Source: a virus
Taxonomy: Duplodnaviria; Caudoviricetes
IMG/VR virus record: IMGVR_UViG_3300037420_001819
Coordinates: 1-63,338 of that record
Reading direction: 5' to 3' (one strand)
DNA: 63,338 nt
The notes under the pieces are model-generated. The model searched no databases. It saw nothing but the letters and a program-made list of their open reading frames with translations, and was not told the origin of the DNA. Of this stretch, positions 33,659 to 42,700 are shown piece by piece. The translations under genes and the position numbers were made by a program. Within the stretch, counting starts at the first letter, position 1, and every line of letters begins with the position of its first letter.

Positions 33659-35704
33659 CTACTTCCGGTGCTCCCTGAATTCGAAGGCGAAACGGTCGTG
33701 CCTGTAGGCGGCGCCGGTCAGGGCGGCGACCCGGTCGTTGCGCACCAGCACGCAACAGCGCGCCCAGCGCGCCGCGGCGTAGACGTCGTCGACGAACACG
33801 AACGGCCGGTCGAGGTCGGCGCCCCGCTGGAAGTCCAGCGCGGTGGTCGCCGCCGTTCCGAGGTTCAGGTACGGGATCTCGCCGGACAGGACGCGCGGGG
33901 CCCAGCCGTCGCTCGGGGCGGCGCCGCCGCCCAGCAACGCCTTCGTCTGCCCCGAAGGGTCGACCCCGGTGGTGAAGCCGTAGCCGATCCCGGGCCATTC
34001 CCACCAGGACGCGATCTCGAACCCCTCGAGCTCCGGGGCGACGTCCACCGCCGCGATCGCGACGTAGAACGACCGGGCGGTGACCGGCGCCGTCAGCAGC
34101 ACCGGGCGCACCGAGCGATACCCGGACACCGGCGCCGACCCGGCCGGCCAGAACAGCTGGGCGCCGGTGTCGGCCACGATGGCGGCGGTGTTGCCCGCCG
34201 GATCCGGGTTGGCGTCGGAAAAGGCGATGATCCGGAACGCCGCCGCCGGGTTGGTGACGTTGTGGCCGACCAGCGCGAAGAACTGCACCGGGCGGCCCTG
34301 CGGCAGCACGCTGCTGAATTCCTTCTGCGCCGGGCTGGAGGCCCGCGCCACCTTCGACGTCGCCACCAGGTCCGACAGGTTCTGCAGCGGGTAGCCGGCG
34401 TCCCAGGTCCCGACGGCCGGGGTGTGCACGGCCTCCGCCGCCCACGACGGCCAGCCCACGCCGGTCCGCACCCCCTCGACCGCGACGAAGGCGGTCGAGA
34501 CGCCGTGGTTGGCCGAGACCAGGGTGATCGGGCCCAGGGTGACGGCGAGCGCGCCGTTCACCGCATGGGTCGCCGCCGCCGCGAGCGTGACCGCCCCCAG
34601 CGTCTTCGCCAGGTCGGCGCGCACGGTCGCCGAGGACGCGGCGGCCAGTCCGACCGCCCCCAGCGTCACGGACAGCGCGCCGCCGGTCTTGACCACGCCC
34701 GCCGCGGCCAGCGTCAACGGGCCGAGCGTGATCGCGGCGTCGGCGCTGCGGGCCACGACGCCGGCTGCGGCCAGCGTAACGCCGCCGAGCGTGATCGCGG
34801 CCGCCGCGTGCGTCACCACTGCGGAATCCGCCGACAGGGCGACCGGCCCGAGCGTCTTGTTCAGCGCCGCGCCGTCCGGAACCGTTCCGGTCGCGGCGAG
34901 CCCGACCGCGCCCAGCGTCTGGCTCAGGTCGGCGGTGCGGGTCGCCAGCGCCGTGTAGGTGATGACGATCAGCGCGCGCCCGCCGTCGCCGGCCAGCATG
35001 TTGGAGCCGCCGCCGCCGCCGCCGCCGCCGTAGTCGCCGCCGACGCCGCCGTTGCTCCCGTCGCCCAGGCCGCCGCCGCCGCCGGTGCCGACGCCGAGGT
35101 TCGTCCCCGACGCGATCGCGCCCGCCGTGGTGGCCGTGGTCGTCCACAGCGTCGCCGCCGTGGAGCCCGCGCCGCCGCCCCCCGCGCCGCCGGCCCCGGT
35201 GGCGCCGTTGGCCTTGCCGCCTGCCCCGCCGGTGCTGGAGACGGCGCCCGCCGCGCCGCCGGCGCTCGGACCGGCCGCCCCGCCGCCGCCGCCGCCGCCC
35301 GAGCCGCTGCGCGCCGCCCCCGCGCCGCCCGCGAACGTCGTGGACCCGACCATGGCGGTAGCGCTGCCGCCGCCGCGGGCCAGCGCCTTGACCGTCCCCG
35401 ACGCGTCCTTGATCCAGGTGTCGGTCGGGGCGCCGCCGGCCGAGCCGAGGGTGTGGTCGCCCAGCTGGACGGTGATCGTCTGCCCCGGCGTGCCGAGGCT
35501 GACGTTGACCTCCTTGGCGTAGGAGCCGCCGTTGGAGCCTGCGCCGCCGAAGGTGGCGCCGCCGTTGGTGCCGCGCGCGCCCGCCCCGACGACCTCTACC
35601 GTGGTGGTCCCGTCGTTGGCGTAGTCGGCCGGCAGCGTGAAATTCACGCTGGCGCCCTTCGTGCCGATCGAGGCGAAGGTGATCGCGATGACGGCGGTGG
35701 GCAT
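33659..35704 (-). CDS. tail protein: Gly-rich domain, 21-aa repeats, C-terminal domain paralogous to 36425-37222
   Basis: GGG runs; 7 repeats of xxLxxTLGxVxLxA; C-terminal WPSWA...WPAGSAPVSGY...ALDFQR...FREH. Confidence 0.8.
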   Translation of the reverse strand: MPTAVIAITFASIGTKGASVNFTLPADYANDGTTTVEVVGAGARGTNGGATFGGAGSNGGSYAKEVNVSLGTPGQTITVQLGDHTLGSAGGAPTDTWIKDASGTVKALARGGGSATAMVGSTTFAGGAGAARSGSGGGGGGGAAGPSAGGAAGAVSSTGGAGGKANGATGAGGAGGGGAGSTAATLWTTTATTAGAIASGTNLGVGTGGGGGLGDGSNGGVGGDYGGGGGGGGSNMLAGDGGRALIVITYTALATRTADLSQTLGAVGLAATGTVPDGAALNKTLGPVALSADSAVVTHAAAAITLGGVTLAAAGVVARSADAAITLGPLTLAAAGVVKTGGALSVTLGAVGLAAASSATVRADLAKTLGAVTLAAAATHAVNGALAVTLGPITLVSANHGVSTAFVAVEGVRTGVGWPSWAAEAVHTPAVGTWDAGYPLQNLSDLVATSKVARASSPAQKEFSSVLPQGRPVQFFALVGHNVTNPAAAFRIIAFSDANPDPAGNTAAIVADTGAQLFWPAGSAPVSGYRSVRPVLLTAPVTARSFYVAIAAVDVAPELEGFEIASWWEWPGIGYGFTTGVDPSGQTKALLGGGAAPSDGWAPRVLSGEIPYLNLGTAATTALDFQRGADLDRPFVFVDDVYAAARWARCCVLVRNDRVAALTGAAYRHDRFAFEFREHRK
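34505..34935 (-). repeat. 7 degenerate 63-bp (21-aa) tandem repeats
   Basis: ADLSQTLGAVGLAA / AALNKTLGPVALSA / AAAAITLGGVTLAA / ADAAITLGPLTLAA / GALSVTLGAVGLAA / ADLAKTLGAVTLAA / GALAVTLGPITLVS. Confidence 0.8.
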
Positions 35705-35742
35705 GGGCGCTCAGGTCAGGAGGGCGGACGAGCCGCCGGGGG

Positions 35743-35931
35743 TCAGGCTTCCGCCGGGAAAGCGGCCTCGATCCGGGCCTGCACGTCGGCCTCGATCCGG
35801 GCGATCTCGCCGTCGATGAAGCCTTTCACGCTGTTCAGACCGGCGATGCGCACCGACGCGTCTTCGTCGACGTGCTCGGAGAAGCTCCGGATCGCCGTCT
35901 CGAGGCGGGCCTTCTTTTCGGACAGGTTCAC
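35743..35931 (-). CDS. hypothetical protein
   Basis: 62 aa, TAAGGAG RBS. Confidence 0.7.
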   Translation of the reverse strand: MNLSEKKARLETAIRSFSEHVDEDASVRIAGLNSVKGFIDGEIARIEADVQARIEAAFPAEA

Positions 35932-35942
35932 GGGCGGTCTCC

Positions 35943-36365
35943 TTACGGGTTCGGGGCGGTCAGCGTGAAGCTGTTGACCACGACGGTCTGGTTCTGGGCG
36001 ATCGAGATGTTGTCCAGCGTCATGTCGCCGCCGCCGCCGGTGACGGTGATGGTGCCCTGGATCTCGGCGATGGTCTGCGAGGCGGTCGAGGTGGTGATCC
36101 GGAAGTAGCCGGCGTTGGTGCCCGCCCCCGCGGCGGCCAGGCCGGTCCCCGACCAGGTGCCGAGCAGCGCTTTCGATCCGGCGGCGGCGGCCGCCATCCA
36201 GTCCGACGGCAGGGCGAACTCGGCCAGCTTGGTGCCGGTGGCGGCGGTGGCCGGGGTGGCGGGCATGCCGCCAGACCAGATCTGCAGGCGGGCGCCCGCG
36301 CCGATCTGGGTCTCGATCGCGTCGAGCAGGGCGTTCCGGACGCCGGTCGACAGTTGCATGGCCAT
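35943..36365 (-). CDS. virion structural protein (tail fibre-associated)
   Basis: RNALLDA...LQIWSG..P...GTKLA...AGYFRI...GGDMTLDNISI pattern typical of phage tail regions; GAGGAG RBS. Confidence 0.75.
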   Translation of the reverse strand: MAMQLSTGVRNALLDAIETQIGAGARLQIWSGGMPATPATAATGTKLAEFALPSDWMAAAAAGSKALLGTWSGTGLAAAGAGTNAGYFRITTSTASQTIAEIQGTITVTGGGGDMTLDNISIAQNQTVVVNSFTLTAPNP

Positions 36366-36424
36366 GACGGGCTCCTCGCGGTGGTCCGCTCAGAATTCGC
36401 CCGATTCGGCCCGAACGGCGCAGG

Positions 36425-37222
36425 TCAACCGAGATGTTCGCGGAAGGCGAAGGCGCTGCGCCCGGCCCCGAAGTCGTAGACCACGCCCGGCGGAACCCGT
36501 TCGTTGACCACCAGCGCGCACTCCCGCGCCCAGGTCGCCGGGTCGTCGAGATCCATCGCCCAGACGAACGGACGGCTCAGCCGCTTCTCCCGCTGGAAGT
36601 CCAGCGCCGTGGTCTCGAGCTCGCTCTGGTCGACCAGTTCGCGCGTGCCGGCGAACTGGCGCGGACTCCACGCCCGGGTGACGTGGGCCACCCCGTCGCC
36701 CGCATCGGAACTGACCGCCTGCGGGTCGAAGCCGACGGCGCGCGGCACGGCCACGTCCTGCCACTCGTACCAGCCGGACAGTTCCACCCCGCCGACCGCC
36801 CACGGCGTCCCGTCGGCGCGCGCGGCCAGGTCGAGCCGGCCCGACAACGCCGCCACCGCGGCGGGCAGGAAGATCGGCCGGACCGCGGGATAGCCGGAGA
36901 CCGGCGCCGATCCGGCGGGCCAGGCGAGCACCGAGCCGGTGTCGTAGAGCAGTCCGGTCTGCGCCGCGTCCGAGTAGAGCCTGAGCTGCAGCGTCGCGCC
37001 GGCCGGGGCGTTGTGGTGGATCAGCCCGACGAACCGGATCGACCGGGCCGCGGGCAGCACGAACTTCAGCGACAGCGCGCCGGTGTCGGTCGCCGCCGCC
37101 GGACTGCGCGGCGAGGCGAGGTCGGCGAGGTTGCTCGGCGGAAAGAGCGGATCCGCAGTCCCGGACAGCACGCTCCACGTCGCCTGGTCCGCCCAGCTGG
37201 GAAAGCTCGCCCCCGACCGCAT
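36425..37222 (-). CDS. tail tip/distal-tail-like protein
   Basis: 265 aa between hub and fibre genes; GAGGAGG RBS. Confidence 0.7.
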   Translation of the reverse strand: MRSGASFPSWADQATWSVLSGTADPLFPPSNLADLASPRSPAAATDTGALSLKFVLPAARSIRFVGLIHHNAPAGATLQLRLYSDAAQTGLLYDTGSVLAWPAGSAPVSGYPAVRPIFLPAAVAALSGRLDLAARADGTPWAVGGVELSGWYEWQDVAVPRAVGFDPQAVSSDAGDGVAHVTRAWSPRQFAGTRELVDQSELETTALDFQREKRLSRPFVWAMDLDDPATWARECALVVNERVPPGVVYDFGAGRSAFAFREHLG

Positions 37223-37264
37223 CGACCCGCCTCCTCGTTCAGCAGCGAGGCATAAACGGAGTCG

Positions 37265-39736
37265 TCAGCTCAGCGTGATGCTGATGTAGCCGTCGCCGCC
37301 GGGCACGGCGGGGCCGTTGACGGCGGAGTTCACGCCGGCCGCGATCCCCGCGGGCGGCGAGCCCGCCGGGGTCTGCCGGTTGCCCGCCGTGTTGGTGACG
37401 CCGGTCGCGCTGGCGTGCGTCCACGACGACCCGCCGCCGCCGGGCCAGGAATCGCCGCCGCCGCCGCCGCCGCCCCAGTAGCCGCCGCCGCCGCCGCCGC
37501 CGTCGTCGGTCGACAGCGTGGTCGGATCGCCGTTGGCGCTGCCGAAGCCGCCCGTCCGCTGCGCGCCGGGGAAGGCGACGATCGAGCGGCCCGTCTTGTT
37601 GGCGTTGCTCGTGTCCTTGGCGTCCCACCCGCCGGCCGCCTGACTCCCCCCGGTGCCGGAGGACGCCGGGAAAAACCCGGCTTGCCCCGTCGCGCCCCCG
37701 CCGGCCCCGGCCGAACCGGCGCCCCCGAGTCCGCCGGAACCGCCGCCGCCCGCGGCCACGGCCATCAGCACGTCGTTGATGTAGAAGCGCGACGAGCCGC
37801 CGCCGCCGCCCGACCCGCTGTCGCCCCTGCCGCCGGGGCCGCCGTCCGGCCAGCCGCCCGCGCCGCCGTTGGCGTTTCGCGCCGCCCCCTGTCCGCCGCC
37901 GCCGACCTCGAACTTCAGTACGTCGCCCGGCGACACGGGGAACGTCGCCTGCACATAGCCCCCGGCCCCCGACCACGCCCCGGAGGACCAGTTGCCGTTG
38001 CCGCCCGCGCCGCCCCACATGGTTACGGTGGCGCTCGTCTTTCCGGCCGGCACGAGCGCGGTCTGCGCCGCGCCGACGAAGGCGTAGTTCGGGACGACCG
38101 CCGGCGCCGCGGGCGGCGAGATTCCGAGGCCGAGCACCAGTTCGGCGGTCACCTCGTTGGAACCCGACAGCACGAACCCGGACTGCAGCACCCGGAACAG
38201 CAACCCGCCCGACAGGCCGTACTGGGGATGCTTCAGCTTCACCACGGAGCCCGGCGCGATCATGTCGCCCGCCCGGGGGACGAACCCGGCCTGATAGCCG
38301 CTGCGGGCCCCGCCGTAGAGCGTCAGCAGGCGCGTCGCCTCGGCCGCGGCGGCCGGACAGGTCAGGCCGTCGACGCCGACCGCGTACCCCGTGTCGATCG
38401 TCAGTTCCGGCGCGTCCGGCCACGGCCCGGTCAGCGTCGCGGGGTTCCACACCGTCAGGTCGGTCGCCGTCTCGGTGCGCCAGTCGGTCGCGAACTTGTC
38501 GCGCAGCCGCTGGACCGCGGCCCCCGCGAAGTCGGACTCGGCCATGACCGTGTAGTTACGGCCCCAGTTCACGTTCGCCCGGTACGGCGGCACGCCGTCG
38601 GGCAGGTAGGTCGGCCGCACCCGGGTCAGGCCGGTGAGCTTGCGCGACGTCGCCTTCAGCTTCGTGGCGGGGGTCAACTGCTCGAGCTCGATCACCGGCG
38701 ACCCGCTCGGGGCCACCAGCTTGGCCATCGTCCACGTCTGGTTCAGCTGCAGCAGTTCGTAGCCCGAGAAGCCGCCCAGCACCTCGTCGAGCGCGTCGCG
38801 CCGGCTCGCATCCTCGAACCACCAGAACCCGGCCTCGCCCGCGTCCAGCGCGTCGGCCGCCACGAGCGCGGCGGCGTCCAGGTCGGCGTCGACGTTCCCG
38901 CACCGCTCCTTGCGGATCCGCTTCCAGATCTGGGCGTGGGTGCGGTCGGCCGCCGTGGCGCCTTCATAGACGTCACAGGTCAGGGCGAACTGCGGCGCCG
39001 AGCCGAGCCGGAAGAACGCGCCTTCCGCTCCGACGTAGGTGTCGTACTTGCCGGGCCCCGGGTCGTTGGCCTGCATGGAGGCCAGGCTCGCCCGCACCGT
39101 GCCGACGGTCAGCGCCGTGCCGCCGTCGCGGACGCAGTCCACCGTCGCGGCCTTGTCGGCCACCTGGTAGATCAGCAGGCTCTCGTTCACCCGCGGCGGG
39201 GTGATGTTCGACACCCGGCCGTAGAGCACCGGCTTCGCCCGTCCCTTCAGGTCGGCCAGCCCCTCGATCCCGGCCGGGCCGACGTTGCTCCCGGCGTACT
39301 TCGACGGCTGCAGCGGCACGTCCAGCGCCGCGCGCGGGTCGCGCAGCCGGAAGGTCAGGGTCCGGCCCTGCAGGTCGGCGACGGGCTGCTCGAGCACGCC
39401 CTGCTGGGTCAGCACCCGGGCCGACCAGTCCAGCGCGGGGACCCAGTAGAGCCTGGCGCTGCGGTTGCGCCACGACCAGTCGGCCAGCGCGTCCCACGGT
39501 CCGGGCTGGTCGACCGCGGCCGGGGCGTTGAGGATCGTCACCTCGCCCGCGTCGGCCGACATGGCGACCCGGCCGTCCTTGCCGACGTCGAGCTTCTGCG
39601 ACGGGCTCGACCACTTCAGCAGCCCGGACGGGGCGTAGCTGTCGAGCAGGGCCACGCCCGCGCCCATGGCGAACCGCAGGGTCTTCAGGGCTCCGGCGGT
39701 GGTGTCGTAGCCGGTCAGTTCCGCGATCCACGCCAT
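37265..39736 (-). CDS. tail hub/tip protein with C-terminal Gly-rich domain
   Basis: Follows the tape measure; LKGRAKPVLYGRVSNITP; C-terminal WGGAGG...GGGGGYWGGGGGG. Confidence 0.8.
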   Translation of the reverse strand: MAWIAELTGYDTTAGALKTLRFAMGAGVALLDSYAPSGLLKWSSPSQKLDVGKDGRVAMSADAGEVTILNAPAAVDQPGPWDALADWSWRNRSARLYWVPALDWSARVLTQQGVLEQPVADLQGRTLTFRLRDPRAALDVPLQPSKYAGSNVGPAGIEGLADLKGRAKPVLYGRVSNITPPRVNESLLIYQVADKAATVDCVRDGGTALTVGTVRASLASMQANDPGPGKYDTYVGAEGAFFRLGSAPQFALTCDVYEGATAADRTHAQIWKRIRKERCGNVDADLDAAALVAADALDAGEAGFWWFEDASRRDALDEVLGGFSGYELLQLNQTWTMAKLVAPSGSPVIELEQLTPATKLKATSRKLTGLTRVRPTYLPDGVPPYRANVNWGRNYTVMAESDFAGAAVQRLRDKFATDWRTETATDLTVWNPATLTGPWPDAPELTIDTGYAVGVDGLTCPAAAAEATRLLTLYGGARSGYQAGFVPRAGDMIAPGSVVKLKHPQYGLSGGLLFRVLQSGFVLSGSNEVTAELVLGLGISPPAAPAVVPNYAFVGAAQTALVPAGKTSATVTMWGGAGGNGNWSSGAWSGAGGYVQATFPVSPGDVLKFEVGGGGQGAARNANGGAGGWPDGGPGGRGDSGSGGGGGSSRFYINDVLMAVAAGGGGSGGLGGAGSAGAGGGATGQAGFFPASSGTGGSQAAGGWDAKDTSNANKTGRSIVAFPGAQRTGGFGSANGDPTTLSTDDGGGGGGGYWGGGGGGGDSWPGGGGSSWTHASATGVTNTAGNRQTPAGSPPAGIAAGVNSAVNGPAVPGGDGYISITLS

Positions 39737-39737
39737 G

Positions 39738-42700
39738 TCAGGCCGCCACCTGGCCGCCGGCCAGCGCCGCCTGCGTCGTCGTCGCCGCCTGGGTGGCGTC
39801 GGCGAGGCTGGAGAAGCCCGCCTCGGTGGTCTGCACCACCGCCTGGGTCTGCTGCTGGATCGCCGCCCGCGCCGCCGCGACGGCGTCGACCACTTCCTTG
39901 AACGACATGTTGTGGGTGATGGCGTAGGCGAGCTCTTCGGCCAGGCTGTCCAGCTTCAGCAGCGCCGGGTCGTAACTCGGCGGCGGGGGCGGCGGCGACG
40001 ACGCCGGCGCGCCGGGCGTGCCGCCCAGCGCGTGGATGATGTCGAGGTTGTCCTGGTGCAGGGCGTCGATCAGCTTCTGCACCTGGGTCTCCAGCGCGCC
40101 GATCAACGGGTCCTGCATCGGCTGGGTCGACAGCGCGTCGAGTTGGCCGAACACCTTGTCGAAGATGTCGGCGTAGCCCTGGCTGGAGCCGTAGTAGGCC
40201 CGCGCCGCGCCGAGATAGTCGTTCGACAGCCCGGAGATGTTCTGCAGCGCGCTCAGGTCGCCGCCCTGGGCCTTGGTCAGCGCGTCCTGGTACTTGCCCT
40301 GGGTTTCCGCCAGCAGCGCCGAGGGCGACAGCGGCGACAGGGCGCCGGTCTTCAGCCCGGCGACGTACTCGGCCAGTTGCTTCTGGGCGTCCTGCAGCTG
40401 CTTCAGCGACGCGGCCGCGCCGTCGGCGCCGGTGGCCAGCTGGGCCAGCGCGTCGGCGATCTCCGAGCTCTCCAGCGCCGACAGGGTGGAGTTGATCTCC
40501 GCCAGCTGCTCGGGGGTGTAGAAGCCCTGGTCGGCGTAGGCCTGGATCTGCTTGCGCCGGTCGACCTGCTGCTGCTGCAGGCTCTGCAGGGCGTACTGGG
40601 TCGGGTCGGTGTACTTCAGCAGCGCCAGCTTCAGGTCGCCCGGCACCTTCTGCGCCTGGATGAACTGGTCGAGCTTGTCGACGATGTCCTGGAAGCTCTT
40701 GTTGGCCGCGATCATCTGGTCGACCAGCGCCTTCTCGCGCGGGTCGTCGTAGTGGGCGTACTGCAGCATGGCCTTGCCCGCCGCCTCGATCGCCGCCTGC
40801 ACGTCGCCGGTCTTCGACCGCACGTCCATGCCGTTGGCCAGCCGGATGTGGGTCGGGTCGCGCGAGCCGATGTCGATGCCCTTGATCACTCCGGCCGCGT
40901 CGATGCCGACCTTCTTCAGGGCGTCGAGCAGACCGCCGACGGCGGTGCCGATCTGGCCCGCGGCCGCGCGGGTCTGCTCGGTCGCCTTGTCGCCGACGAT
41001 GGTGTAGCCGCCGGTGGCGTCGAACTTGGCGTAGGCGCCGTGGTTCGACTCCTTGCCGAGGATCGCCTTGCCGACGACGCGCGAGATCAGCGTGCCGACC
41101 GCCGCGCCTAGCGGGCCGCCGAAGTAGGTGCCGATCGCCGCCGCGGCCATGTCGAGCATCTGCTGCCCCTTGCCGCCGCCCTTGTTGGACCCGTGAATCC
41201 CGAACATGTCGGCGGCCTGCTGGCCCGCCTGCATCCCGGCGAACATGTTGCCCGCGAACTGGCCGACGGTCTGGCCGTCCGAGGCCCCTGGGACCTTGGA
41301 GTTCATCACCTTGCCGAACAGCTTGCCCAGCTTGTCGGCCCAGCCGCCCTGGCCGTCGCCCTCGCCCTTCACCGCCGCCTTCAGCTGCGCGACCAGCCGC
41401 TCGATGCCCTGGGTGACGACGTTGACCACGGCGTTCACGGCCACGTCGATCGGCTGCTTCATCAGCCCGTCGTAGACCGCCTTGCGCAACTGGCGCTCGA
41501 GGTTCTGCTTCAGGCTCTTGAAGTCGAGCCGGCCGGTTTCGATGAAGGCGCGGCGGATCTCGTCGGTGGTGGCGCGCACCACCTCGAGCGCCTGCTTCAT
41601 CAGGACGATGTGGCGCAGGTCGGCGCGCACCTGGATCTCGGCCTGCTCCTGGGTGGCGCCCTTGTGGGCCAGCAGGTACTGCTGCACCAGTTCCTTGAAG
41701 CCGAGATCCTTTTCGTCGGCGGTCAGGCGCAGGTCGTCGGTCTCGGCCTGGATCGCGGCCAGCCGCTCGGCCAGCATGGACCGGTACTGCAGGTCGTTCT
41801 TGTAATCGACCGCCCGCGACGCGGTCATGCCGTTGTAGGCGTTGGCCAACGGCGAGTCGGCCTGCGCCCGGGCCGCGGCGGCCTGCTGCTTCTCCTTCTG
41901 CCGGTTGAACTCGGCCATCGCCTCGGCGCCGCGCAGCAGGGCGACGGTGTAGCGGCGCAGATCCTCGATCTCCCTGGCGTAGCCGACCGCCGCGTCCTGG
42001 GCGCGCTGCTGGTCCTTCATCGCCGCGGTCAGGCGGATCGTCGCCGCCTCCGCCGCGAGCTCGGCCTTGGCCTGGTCTTCCACGCCCTGCGCCGCCTTGG
42101 CCGAAACGCCGGTGGCCTTCTGGTAGGCGGCGGCGATCTCGTCGACCGAGTTCACCCCGAAGCGCTGGGCGATGGCCAGCGCCTTGGACGCCACCGCCGC
42201 GTCGGTCTCGGCCTTCTCCTGCGCCTGCACCATGCGGACGTAGCCGTCGATGGAGTTGTCGTTGGCGGCGTAGTAGGCCACCGCCTCGTCGGCGGCCCGG
42301 GCGCGCGCGTCGGCCTCCAGCTTCAGCGCCGCGGCGTTGTTCTGGGCGGCGCGCTGCGCCTTGGCCGAGGCGTCCAGCAGCTGCAGCCGGATCTGCAACT
42401 CCTCCTTGGCCCGGGCGAACGCCTCGGCGGTCCCGGCGTAGGCCGAGCCGTGGTTGGCGGGGAACTGCGCCGCGGCGGCGTCGCCCGCCTTCTGGATCTT
42501 GGCGGCGATCTCCGACAGCGGGTCGGAGTCGAGGTCGTCGACCTGCTTCTGCAGTCCCGCCACCTCGGCGCGCAGCCGGCCGATCGTGCGTTCCGCGCCG
42601 CCGCCGCCGTAGTCGGCCTTGTCGTACTTGTGGCGGATGTAGTCTTCCATCTGGCCTTGCCGCGCCAGCCGCTCCTGGTAGGCCGCCACCGACGCCGCGT

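Noticed and set aside
35005-37500. GCC/GGC trinucleotide runs and DYGG occurrences (also 42601-42614)
   Set aside because: They encode polyglycine in tail proteins; not counted as DYG[E/D] motifs or as phase-variable tracts.
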